Assembly: GCA_973895155.1 (NCBI GenBank)
Contig: OZ316892.1
Location: forward strand, 5,798,476 to 5,862,475
Reading direction: 5' to 3'
DNA from: Marsupella aquatica
Lineage: Eukaryota; Plantae; Marchantiophyta
DNA: 64,000 bases
Position numbers and translations under genes: made by a program. Positions within the stretch are counted from its first letter, which is position 1. Every line of letters begins with the position of its first letter. Positions 26,131 through 38,410 of this stretch are shown here, piece after piece. The notes below the pieces were generated by a model that was not told the DNA's origin, made no database searches, and saw only the letters and a program-made list of their open reading frames with translations.

Positions 26131-27105
26131 AATGTTTGGTGCAACACACATGCATAGGGCAAACTTTATTTTGTGGGATGAAGCACCCATGATCCATTGG
26201 CATGGAGTGGATTCATTGGATAGAAGTTGTATGTGGACTTTGAATCTAACTGAAGATATGCAGGCAAGAGGAACTAATGCGTCTCCTGAATTTGGTATGT
26301 GACATTTGTGGAGTGGCTACTACAATTGGGCGATGATAAAATTCCAAAAGGAGGGCTTTCAAATAATCTTTTTACTTGCCCTGAGTCTATGGCCCGGTCT
26401 ATGGTGGTGGACGGGTGGAATCATTGATTCATGCAATTTACCCATCTCTTAGTAATGTGGACGACAGGTTCGTAAGTGAGAGAACTATCCTCACGCCGAC
26501 AAATGACAAGGCACTAAAACTTAACAACTCATCTTAGAAGGACTTCCCAGGGAATCAAGTGAGTTTTTTTAGCATTGATCGTCCAAATAAGCTCAAAGGG
26601 GAGAATTTTTACCCTACGGAGTTCTTGAATACACTCACGCCAAGTGGTCTGCCGCCTCATAATTTGGTACTGTAGGTTGGATGCCCTATCATTTTACTTA
26701 AGAATCACTCTTTGGGATTGTGTAATGGTACTAAGCTACTTGTGATCGAGAGCCATGAATTGTCGTGTCATAATTGAGGCAGAAGTTCTTGCATGAAAAC
26801 ATGCAAGGACCCTTACATTTATCCCACAGATTCCGTTGACATCTGATGAATCAATTCCTTTTTTAATACATAGGGTCAATTTCTCATTCAAGTGACATAT
26901 ATAATGACCATAAACAAGGCTCAAGGTCAGGCTTTAGAACATGTAGGGTTACAGTTTTTAAAGTCTGTGTTTAGTCACATATAGTTGTATGTAACATTCT
27001 CAAGGGCAACATCTCCTATAACTATCAAAATTTTACTTTAGATTCCGAGGAGAGTCAAGCAAAGTTGACCAAAAAGTTGTATATAATGAGGTTCTTCATT
27101 GAACG
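26130..27105 (+). pseudogene. Helitron Pif1-like helicase fragment (copy B), inverted relative to copy A
   Basis: ILWDEAPM Walker B, LTEDMQA, GLPPHNLVL.VGCPIILL, GLCNGT, MTINKAQGQ, VFSH..LYV..SR. Multiple stops and frameshifts; highly similar to 12805-13700. Confidence 0.88.
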
Positions 27106-28295
27106 TGTGAATAAAGATTATATATTATTTTTGTATTAATTTCTTTGACTTTTTGTCTCGATTATATCTTTGCAATCTTTGCAATACACAACCATGTTTG
27201 TCTCACCTCGACATCTTGCCCTCATCTCAAAATCTTGCCTACTTGGTAAAATCCATTTTGATATAAAATTGGTTGAAAAATTAAATCTCAATGTTAATAA
27301 CAAATCCAAACTAGATCACATACGGGTTTTCTCCTTAGGCCAAGCCCTCATATGGGTGGCAATGTAGTGCTCAAGCAGTGTGCGTCTCAGGCATCAAGAG
27401 CACTTCATGGTGGAGAAGAGGTTCAGGTTTCTTGGAGGATCAAAGCTTTAGGTTCTGCATTACAGGAGGATCAAAGCATGTCTCAAGTTTATATGCTTGA
27501 CTCAGGCATCGTACAGCAATCATGGTGGAGAAGAGGTTCAGGTTTATTGGAGGATCAAAGCATTACCGATGAAATTGTAATAAAAGATTTATAATCCATG
27601 AAATTGACTTATGAAGCAATTCTGGAAACTACCAGGCATATATCGGTCTGTACTTGGCTTTTATGATGCAGCATGAGAGAGAGGTTACTCGTCAGATAAT
27701 TAATCAAACGCCATATCAAACAAATCACTTTCATGTCCCACACTAAAGAGAAAAGGCTTGCCTAGGCTTGATGGCTAAACAAATCACTTTCATGTAAAAT
27801 AGAAATGGCTTTCCTATGCTTCTGATGGCTACGGAAGTTTCAGCCTGGATACTTCCGACCACAATTTCTAAGCATATGTACTTTTTCTCGGTAGATAGAA
27901 CTAGCATTTAGCAATCCCAACTCAGATTGCCCTGGCCAGAGAGTTCCGCCCATATACAAGTATTCGCCCTCAGGCACTCTCTCCAACCATCTTATCCTAT
28001 TTTCTTCCCAAGCCTACAAATAACACCTCGTGGTCCTGAAGTCCCTGGCATATTTATCGACCAAAAGCAAAGCACCGTCATCAATTTCAACGCTATTTTC
28101 TCTGTGGGCAAATCCTTATTTACAAATGAGGCTCTACGTTCTCCAACCACACGACTGGGCTTACTCTCTTAGATCTACTTAATCTGCTCTTCTCTAAAAG
28201 CAACTCCTGGTTCCGTATCCTCAATGTCTCCCTCTCTGACAAGAACCCCTTTCCGGTTCATGAAGTGTCGGACTGATGGGGCCCCTCTTCTAATC

Positions 28296-30289
28296 TCAAA
28301 GCACAATTTCTCCTTCCTCAATCTCCTCTTCTCTAAAAGGAACTCCCTCTGGTTCTCTTTCCTCGATCTCTTCTTCTCTGACAGGAACCCCCTCCGATTC
28401 GTGAAGTGTCGGAGTGATAGGGCCATCTGCATGATCACCATCCACGGCCTTTGATATCGATTTCTTCTCTGCTGCAATAATGACAAACTTTCCTACATCC
28501 TGAGGGAAGACTACGTTGATACCGGGATATTCTATGACAGTTTTATTGACCAGTTGGTCACGGAGGCTCTCCTTGTGATTCAACTCATAAAACCCTTTTT
28601 CTGCTGCCTGCAGAAGGCAACGGGTCAAAAACTTGGTACAACAGTCCGCAGTAAGATAGATCTGGCAGAGTGTCAGTAGAGTAGAAAAACAGTACAAGAA
28701 GTTGTATCTGGAAAGCGAACATATGGGATTGAAATTACCGGGCATTGTTCTCTGGAAAGCAACAGCTTAAGTTCATGGAGAGGCTTCCTGCAAAAGTCCC
28801 GCAGTCGATGCTTCACAGTGACATCCCCCGAGTCACTATTCAAATGCTTTGTAAGGATTTTCTCTAAACTCAAATTTTCGTCCACTCTGCCAACAAAAGA
28901 TGATCGCCTCATGTTAACCTTAGCATCCTAATAAAAAAAAATTAGTTCATTTTCAAACATTGCTGCAAGTGCACCACAATGTCGAAGAGGGTATGAAAAA
29001 GAGTCGAAGTGTTTCCACAATTCAATAGTAGCTCGTGAGCCGGAAATGGGTCATCAACGATCCACTCGAAATTAAGCGGCTCAAACGAGTCAACATATTC
29101 ATATAGATCTTCACAGTAGCAGATACCGAGCTTACCTTGGATCAATGAGCCGAACATCGGTCCCTTCAAAGATCCACTCAACTCTCCAGAATATGCGCTT
29201 TGTCCTGGAGAAAACCGCAGCGATATTTGAGTAATTTCAACAAAATATCCGGAAAACTTACACAATCAAAGTCAAAATACAAAAATCTTACTTCAGCTGT
29301 TACAGAAATGTAAAGCACATCTTCTCGAAGGAAAAGGAGGAATGGGGGCAGGACAAGGGTCGGGTTTCAAGGTGGAAACTCTGACAATTTTAAGCCGAGA
29401 GTTCTCACGGGAATCTGGCTTAAATTCTGGGGAATCTACATAGCGTCTAAAGGGTTATTTTCCTGCTTAGACAAAGACAAAAGTTCCCATCGCCCAAACA
29501 GCGAATAACATGGATGATAAGCCAAATGGGGGCTCCGTTCACTAATGAGAGAAGGTATCAAGAACTGTGGTGAATTCGAATGGTTTGAGAAAGCATCAAG
29601 AGCTATGAGATTGAACGCTTCGTTGCGGGAACTTTAAAGCTGCGGAGTGAACATTCAGATTGGAAATTCGCTTCCATGAGCCAAGACTTCAATTCGGGAA
29701 GGCGTAAACCTGTGGAAGGCATGATGTGCCGACCGTGTGAAAAGATTAAGATTTGGGAGGGGCATAAAGAATTGTGGTGATCGAAGACTTACTTCCTCTC
29801 GTAGAAGGACGTGTTCGCTTTCCTCTTCGACATGCCTTGGGCAACAAAGAGAAGAGACATGGAGCGGCTCTTCGCTTGTCGCTGCAACGCTTTCATAGCC
29901 GGATGGATTTCACTCTTGGAACCACCACCCAGCGGAGCTCGCAGCCGCTTGGCAGCGTCCGCTTGCCTCAATGTCTCCTCGAGAAAGTTGTAGTCTGAAA
30001 TCAACCAATTCTCATCAAACTCAGACACTGAAACAAACGCCGTCCGGTCCCTCTTCCCTGTGCACTGTGTTCTCTCCTTGTGAGACCTCACGCAAGGGAG
30101 ACCGCAGGAGCGCAACCCACATCCCGGACACCGGTACTTGGCTTCCCCTTCTCCACATTCCTCACACATGACGGATTTCCTGCACTGCCTTTTGGCCTGC
30201 CTTTCTCCACTGCACTCTTCTAAACTCTCATCAGCAGTGCTCACTTCTTCACTGCACGAAGCCTTCACTGAGGCCACAACTGAAGGCAT
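28296..30289 (-). CDS. BCD1: Box C/D snoRNA protein 1-like (zf-HIT, BCD1/ZNHIT6); exons 30289-29793, 29204-29136, 28886-28739, 28607-28296
   Basis: zf-HIT 'CEECGEGEAKYRCPGCGLRSCGLPCVRSHKERTQCTGKR', then 'SDYNFLEE', 'IFWRVEW', 'LRDQLVNKTVIEYP'. All three introns are GT-AG and keep the frame. Confidence 0.9.
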
Positions 30290-30589
30290 GGCTCAAAACT
30301 CCGCAAATTCAACCTGAGAGATTCAAGTGGCCCAACTCGTGCTTCTGCCACTCATCAAGATGCCTCCGAGACAGACAGACAGAGCAATGCAGAGATGGAG
30401 GAAACGGAACGAATCACGAGACATTTCCCAGCTTAGAGCAGACAGACACCGTCGACCACATTCACGTTCTAAATCATCGCGTGAGGAGCTCCCAAGTCTC
30501 AGATTGCTCTTCTTCGTTCATCGGTCATCCCCAAGGAGTAGGACATGCAAACCACACATCGACTGAACTCCTGGAAGCATTAAAGTACC

Positions 30590-30604
30590 AAAACCCTAAA
30601 CCCT
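30590..30604. promoter_or_regulatory. Telo-box-like motif (AAACCCTA) upstream of BCD1; further copies at ~31692 and ~31953
   Basis: aaaccctaaaccct in the divergent BCD1/TTLL12 intergenic region. Telo-boxes are known in plant ribosome-biogenesis gene promoters. Confidence 0.4.
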
Positions 30605-32521
30605 GCACTCCAAATAGCCGAAAATTCCGTGGACTTTGTTATACGCTCATGGAGAAGGACGAGAGGAGTTCTTCGCTTCGCAATCATCAGTCTCCCAACA
30701 AAGCTGCCATTGCCGTTGTTGTTCTAGCAACTGCTACGGCACACACTCTACATGTTGATGCGCAGCCCTTCGAGTGACGACCAAGAGTGAGCTTACAGAT
30801 CGATGGAGAACAAGAAATGGAGCTTCCTCAACAGCAAAATCATGCACACATTCGAGTTTGAGGAAGAAGCAAGTAGGTACTCTAGACCCATAGACAGAGT
30901 CATTGTTGACACTAAATGGATGAATTGGAATTATTGACACTACATTGCATAAGTGCAGCAAATATATGTGCAGGCTGGTCATGTAGTCCCCCAATAGTAG
31001 AGCCATTTCTTGTGTAAATGCATAAGTGCAGGTACACCCTCACTATGACTTAATATTATTGGTTCAAAATACTTGCCCCTGGTTTTAGGTTAGTTTTGGG
31101 GTCTCTAACAGATTTTTGCTGTTTACCACCAACCTTAACAGATTTTTTAGTTTACTTTGAGTAGCTAAGTTCCTTTGCCATGGTGGGGAACTCTCGGGCT
31201 TTTTGGCCCTTTGGCTTCCTTGGGTTTTCCAAGTGCCTTGTCCCCTTTACTGGGTCTCATGATTGGAAATTATTGGGATTATGTCTCCTTTGACAATCTA
31301 TATTATAAATTCATAATTATAGTCTACATTTACGACACACTCCCTAGAACAAAGCCATAATTTATGTGGTAGCGAAAACTTCTAATATCTAGAATTTGCT
31401 TGTGAGTAGGGGCATGCACCGAGAGTCTGGGTACAAGGAGCCCTTCCTATGTATACACATGGGTGCTCAGGCTAGTGTGATATATATATTTCCTCCATCC
31501 CATTGACTTGGTGAATGGAACATGACAAAAATGAACTGGGCCCAAATATTAGTTATTGCAAATAAAAGGATGACACTAATCTAATAATATATCGCAATCA
31601 AAAGCTATCTTCAGGGTCTATTGGCTAGCTGAAATTGGGGTGCAGGTGTAAAACACAAATGGGTGGCAGAGTGAGTCCCTGAAAAAAACCTAAACCCTAA
31701 ATTTACATTCAAAGATTGGGCATTCAAGCTAATAAGTGTGCCCAAGCTAATAAGTAGTTCCAAATACCGAAAGCACTGACATTACATGTCACATCCCAGC
31801 AAGGGCTGAAATGTGTATTATCGGAGTCAAATGTAACAAAACTTATAGGTCGATCCAGTTTGTGAAGATCTACGGGAGCATTTTGAAGAACGTGGAGGCC
31901 TATCGTGGCTTGGCTTTTTGACGGAACCACTTGACGGGTTCACAACGAGGTGAGGGTTTAGGGTTTTAGTCCAAACTCTCGGCCTAAATCCCAGAGACAA
32001 AATATAATCGATATACAGAGAAGAATGCAAGCAACGGAATGCGATGCAGCTCAGTCACTTACTGTCGACAATGGGGATCGATCAAATCAGAATATGATCC
32101 AGTCCAGCGACAACAGTAATTACTAATTAGGCTAGAAACATCGATTCAGAAACGCGTTAATCATCCCATCACTATGGATTCACAACTCACAGGTGCAGCA
32201 TTGAGAGGGATGTAGAGGAAAAGATGGTGGCGTCCTGCACGTTGTCTGATTCATTGGCGCAACCCCACAAAATTCGCCTGTTGGTCTTTGAGTTGAAGAA
32301 TGTCTTGGATTCATAAAACTCTCTATAGTCATAGCGTTACCCAATTCCCACTTCCAAAGTAGGGTCGTCAGGAGTGAACGTTTGAGTCTTGGTTGAGTAA
32401 GTGACGATGGCGTAGTGATCGTGCCATACCACGTCCAGACTCGCCTTCAACACGTAGCTTTCTGCTCGCAAGATACATAGGCTTAGCCCAGTCTTGCCTT
32501 GACGAAAATTCGTGGACAGTT

Positions 32522-35500
32522 ATGGAGCTGGAGGAATTTGAGCGAGTGCACGGCATCCTGCTGGCGTCGGCTGGGTTGCCCAGCAGCCTGTACTCGCAGC
32601 TTCATGCCAAGTTGAGTGGGGAGGTCTTCGATGGGGGCAGTTTCTTTGAAATCGAAAACGTGGAGGAGGATGAGGGGCAGCAGCAGCGCAGACTGGTACT
32701 CTCGGAGGAGAGCTTGCAAAACGAGTCGCAAGTCTTTCTCGTCGATCACGCATGGTCATTTCGCCTGCCAGATGCCCGGAAGCAGGTGATCCGGCTATCT
32801 TATTATAGCACTCAATTTCTTCTTATGCTCCAATATTCAGAATGGAGAAGCTCGAATTGTAGGTAGAACTGTATTTTACTCCGAACTCAGTCCTTCCTTT
32901 TGCGTTATCAAAGTAACTTCAGGCCAACTTGTTAGTCGTAACTTGGACGTGTCTTTCCTTGGCTGCCGACCGTATTGCGGCAGTGTGGATGAGTAGTTAC
33001 GCGAGGTACAGAACTACGGAAAATGCAATTTCAATAAAACAGTGGTCTCGTATCTAATTAATTAATTTGAATTAAATCTAGCAAGGTTCACTTTAAAGTT
33101 ATCCTTTGCACATCTCGTTTCATGTGCAATGTATGGACAGAGGTGAAGACGGTCTTATAAGGTTCTCCAATGTAAAGTTCGCTGAACAAAAGCTGAAGAC
33201 TTTGTCTCGCTGCAGCTTGAAACTATCCCAGGCCTGGCGGATCGCATGGGCGCATTAATGTGTGTTATTGATCAGTCGGAGGCTACCGTAGACGATGCAC
33301 TCGAAGGCACTGAAGAAAAAGCAGGACAATTGGACTTCACAGTAAAGGAGGCCAAATCAAAAGCTCAAGAAAAGGGAGGAGTTGTCCTATGGCTGGAGCT
33401 TGATGATCTTGATATCGATGATACGCGGCTCAAGTCCTTAAATTTGTCCACAAATTTTCCGGTGTGGATCTTGCAAATTTCATCAATTCTGTTGCTTTGA
33501 ATCCTTGCACTTGTTTGTGAACAACCAGAGCCTAATGCTGATCTTTTGTCACAATGTTGGTAGCTCGTCACTGCATTCAGCGCACATTCGGAAAGTAGTT
33601 TAGTATTCTGGAAGTACTGCAGAAGTAAAGAGGCTTGCTCCACCTGAAGATTTACATTTGCTTATCTGACTTGTGGAACAGGATCTGGTAGGTCTTAGTC
33701 TCTGGGGGAACAAGCTGGAATCTCTCGATGTGTTATTGGGAGTAGTTGGTGGGCTGACATCGTTACGTGCTCTATGGCTCAACAAAACGCCTCTTGACAT
33801 CAAGCAGTACGTGTGACTCTTGACACATGATCTCAAATTAGAACACTCTCTCGTTCTTTTCTAATATTTGGCAATATGAGAGTAGGGTTTACGTGACACT
33901 GGGGAGGTGAATACGTGTATCTTACTATATTGGACCTGCTCACATGTCTACAGGGGTGAAGCTGTCAGGGAAACTGTAATTCAAGCCCTCCCTCGCCTGG
34001 AGATTTACAACAGTCAGTTCACAAGACATTATACGCAATGGGCAATTGGATTTTGTGCTGGGATTTGTGACTCAGAGAACCCACTAGAACCTATTCTGTC
34101 AACTCAGCCTCTCAAACACATCACAGAGCTTGATTTGTCAGATCGAAACATTCACAAGCTCTCTACTGAGGTGCGCCTTGGAAGACTTCGAAATATTATA
34201 TGATGATTATCATCTGCAACAGTTGTCACTTGCCACCGGAGTGAACAATTACTTCTTTATTTAAACTTGCCAGCGGATATGTTTGGGCACTTAGCTGCAA
34301 TAGGACAGGAGTCTTGGTTCTGTTTTTGTTCAGCTCGATCATGGCGATCATAATAGTCTGTGTCGTGTTTTCAACTATGACGGATTTGCATTGGTGCAGG
34401 TGTTCAACTCAACCCAGTTGCCACTTTTAACAACTTTGAACCTCAAAGGAAACCCTCTGGAGGACAACTCAACTACAAGTTTAGTGCAGATCTTGAAAGC
34501 ACTTATTTCCCTGCAGTCACTTCAGGTAGTTTCTTTTGCATCGGCCCTCCATGGTAGGGAATGCTGAGATGAATTCTTGAATGAATCTTATAACCGAGTA
34601 GCCAGTTTGATTTCGATTTTTCTATTCTACAAGTGGGGCCCAACATCCCACAACCAATTAGAGAAAACAAACAAACTTCTCGACTTCTATATTTATGTTA
34701 TTTGCTGAACCTTGGACTGATAACTGCAGATAAGCATACCTGGCCCTTTGGGGCACAGTGCACGACAAATTGTGGAAGGAATGCCAAATCTTCAGAATCT
34801 CAATGGGGTTCCTGTGGCGCTGATGCTTCATGACGAGAAGGAGGTCCTTGACAGCAACTTGAAGCGGAGATTTCCAGTTTGGTCACCAGAGGAGCCTCTT
34901 GTGGACCGCGTGATGAGAGCAATGTGGCACTATTTAATGACATACAGGCTGGCTGATGAAGAGAAGCTTGATGAAACCCCTATCTGGTTAGTCTCCCTAA
35001 TTCTTTCCCTACTCCTTTTGATTATGAGTCTGACTCCAAGAAATTGAATGTCAATGGTGTGTACTTTTTCGGTTTCTTAAATGACGCTTTATCCCACAAG
35101 AGTCAAGAACGTTTCATATTCGTGCGACTTGCAGGTATGTGATGGATGAACTTGGTTCTGCCATAAGACACAGTGATGCACCGAACTTCAGAGTTGCACC
35201 ATTCATGTATCTACCAGATGGAACACTCAACTCTGCTATAAGGTAAGGATGGTGTTGTTTCAATGATATGAGCTCTGCAATTACTTTGAAAAATGAAAGC
35301 ATACCCAGTGCTTGTTTTATGGTGTCCTATGGAGTATCTGTCAGGAGGCTTTCCATTCGTACGTCAATAGACTATTATATAAAGAAGGTCTGGTGTTTTG
35401 TAAGTTTCTTCAGTGCACATTTTGAAATCCATGGAATTGATTTCTGTGCATATGGAATGTTCTTTTGCAAGTAGGTTGTATGGTCATGTATCTGGGAAGT

Positions 35501-38410
35501 CTCTTCTTGGGCAGAATCTGATATTCGAACTGATTTGATGCAGCTACTCTTTGTTGTGGCCCGTACAGGATGTCACAAAGGGGGAGGAATGTACCCGTGA
35601 TTATTTGGTTGGGTTAGGAGAAGATAAACAACGATCTGCTAGACTCACAGCCTGGTTCCACACGCCCCAAGACTATTTTATTCAGGTACAGTTCTCGACC
35701 ATGTGTGTCATGGTCGATTCTGTTGCTGCAGTATCCTCGGCAAACTACCTTATCCTGTAATTTGGTTCAGGACTGAGAAAACTTTGTCCCAAAACATTGG
35801 GACGTTCTGAGAGAGATGGCAAGTGTTTTCTGACTGGATGGCCTTCTTGATCTGCCTCTAGGCTTTGAAAGTCTGCCAGGGGAGATTGCTTAAGGCTGAG
35901 GCAAAGAGACCAGCATTGACGAACGGGTCTTCAACAAGGAGTGCGATCCGGGCTGATAAACTGTCTCTTTCAGTATATTCAGATATCCCGTTCGTCTTAG
36001 ATTTCTTGCGGCGGCCAGAGTTTCTTTTAGGTGCTCTTCCGCTCCCCTCACGGGCTTTCATTTCCTTGCATTATCCCACCCTTAGCTGTCGTCGTCTCCT
36101 GGCAGGGATTTTAAGTTGCTGTATCGTCCCTCATATACAATTTATGTAATTGTCATTTAATGTAAAAGAAGTCGATGTAGTATGAAATGTGTGTAGATGG
36201 AAAATTTCACTAAGCGTTCATCTTCTGCCGTGATGGCCCAGAAAAAATCATGAACTCCTTTGAAGAAGTTCTTAAGAGCCTTTCATCGGAACTGGGAAGA
36301 AGTTAAAGATGTCTACATATAGGGTCGAGGGTGTTTTAAAAGGTAAATTTTATGAGTTTAGGGGGTCCCAAAATCTAGTACTCATGTGCTACTTTTTATT
36401 GCAGTGAACGAGGCGAAGGAGGCTGACATCATTTGGACAAGTCATCAGATAGATGATGATGTCATTAGGAATGCTGGGATACAAGAACATCAGTACATCA
36501 ACCAGTTTCCCTTTGAGTCTTGCTTGGTGATGAAACACCACCTTGCACAGACCATGCAACAGGTTCTTTTCTGCTTCACTGTCACAGTGCTTGATTTTGT
36601 GGAATTGGAATTGTTTGCCTAGATACGTACCTCAATCCTTTAGTTGAATTCATGCAGTGAACAATGTTCAAAACTGTTCAAAAAACTCATGATTGCTCAA
36701 CATCTCGTCATGAGGCTTGACTGATAGGAAATTCTTCAGGCTTACGGAAGCGCTCCTTGGCTTCCACAAACATATGACATGGAAACCCAACTCTCGCCAC
36801 TCATAGGGGATTACTTGGAGCGGGAATCTCTTCATCAAAACAATCTTTGGATTGTTAAACCATGGAACATGGCTCGTACATTAGATACAACGGTGACATC
36901 TAGTCTGCCTGCACTGATCCGTCTGGTGGAGACAGGGCCAAAGATTGCTCAAAAGTACATAGATCCACCAGCTCTCTTTCAGGGTCGGAAATTCGATTTA
37001 CGCTATATTGTTCTGCTACAAAGCCTGCAGCCTTTGGAGGTTTTCTTATGCGATGTTTTTTGGGTAACCCATTTTTTCCTCGTGATATTTGTTAAGCAAT
37101 TATGATTGACTGAGCTGGTTCTTGTGAAATCTCTTGGACTTCATGTCGTGTGTTGCACAGTTGAAGGTTTATAGATTGCACCTCTTTTTGATGCTTTATC
37201 GAGGAATATGCCGAGTGATTTGACGATTGTCGCAGGCAAGATTTAGCAACAATCAATACACAACTGAGGAGAGCAGCCTCTCTGAGTACGAGACTCATTT
37301 TACAGTCATGGTATGTGATAAGTATTACAGATTTGTAATTCGGCAACAGCAGCTCTTGATATGACATCGAAACTGCGAAGATTTTTATTTATGACGAAAC
37401 GACACTCATTTTGGTGTCCTTGAATATCCTGTCTGAAGATGTCCAGTTCGGTTGCTGTTCTGTGATTGCAGAATTACAGGGGAAAACTAAACCACATAAA
37501 TACGCACGATTTTGTGCCTCAATTTGAGCAAGAGCACAATGGTATATCATCTCAAAGCCTATATCTTATTGTCCTTGGAGTTAAGGGAACGATTTTAAGG
37601 GAGAAAGTAGCTGGATAGGTTTGGTTCTTTGACGGGAATATGAGCTAGAAATGAAAGTGAAGCAATTTAAAGAGTATAGGCTTGTTGTTATACGCTGTTC
37701 TATCCGATCCGACTTGGGCATGCTCTAATGCAATGATTATGCTCTAATGATGCGTTCGAGATAATGAAATTGCCCGATCTGAAGATTTCGAGATTTCATT
37801 GCAACGCAGTGAACTGGAAAGAAATACATGAGAGGGTGAAGTCAACTATCCGGCAGGTGTTTGAGGGGGCAGCGTCTGTCCATCCCGAAATGCATTCACC
37901 TCGAGGACGAGCAATGTATGGAGTTGATATTATGTTGGACAACACATTCCAACCAAAGCTCTTAGAGGTAAGTTTCATCCTATGCGGTCTGTTTAAGTGT
38001 AAATGTTTTACTCTCCTTATGCTGATGAAGATGAATTCTGCTGGGGTTGCCAATTTCATTGAACAGTTAGTTTTTACTGGTCCAACTAGATTTCGTGACA
38101 CCAAATGAGAATGAATCTGCATGGCATGCGATGCTTGCGATTGAGACCATGGCCACCAGTGCAGACTAATGCCAAAAGTCTACAATGGCCGTCAGAAACA
38201 AACCTGTGCTCGCCCCTAAAAACTTTCATCTAAGCTAACAATAATGTCTCAATGTGCCAGGTAACTTATTGCCCAGATTGTGCAAGAGCCTGCAAATACG
38301 ATGTGAAGAAGGTGGTGGGTGATGGCAAACTCATGTTAGGAAAGGATTTTGTCAACTGCGTCTTCGGGACGCTCTTCCTCGACGAGGAGGATAACATGCA
38401 ACGCTTGTGA
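32522..38410 (+). CDS. TTLL12: Tubulin-tyrosine ligase-like protein 12 (plant type with LRR insert), about 15 exons
   Basis: 'FLVDHAWSFR', LRR segments, 'YVMDELGSAIRHSDAPNFRVAPF', 'NQFPFESCLVMKH', 'WIVKPWNMAR', 'QKYI..P.LFQGRKFDLRY', 'AMYGVDIMLD..FQPKLLE|VTYCPDC'; stop at 38408-38410. Confidence 0.92.
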
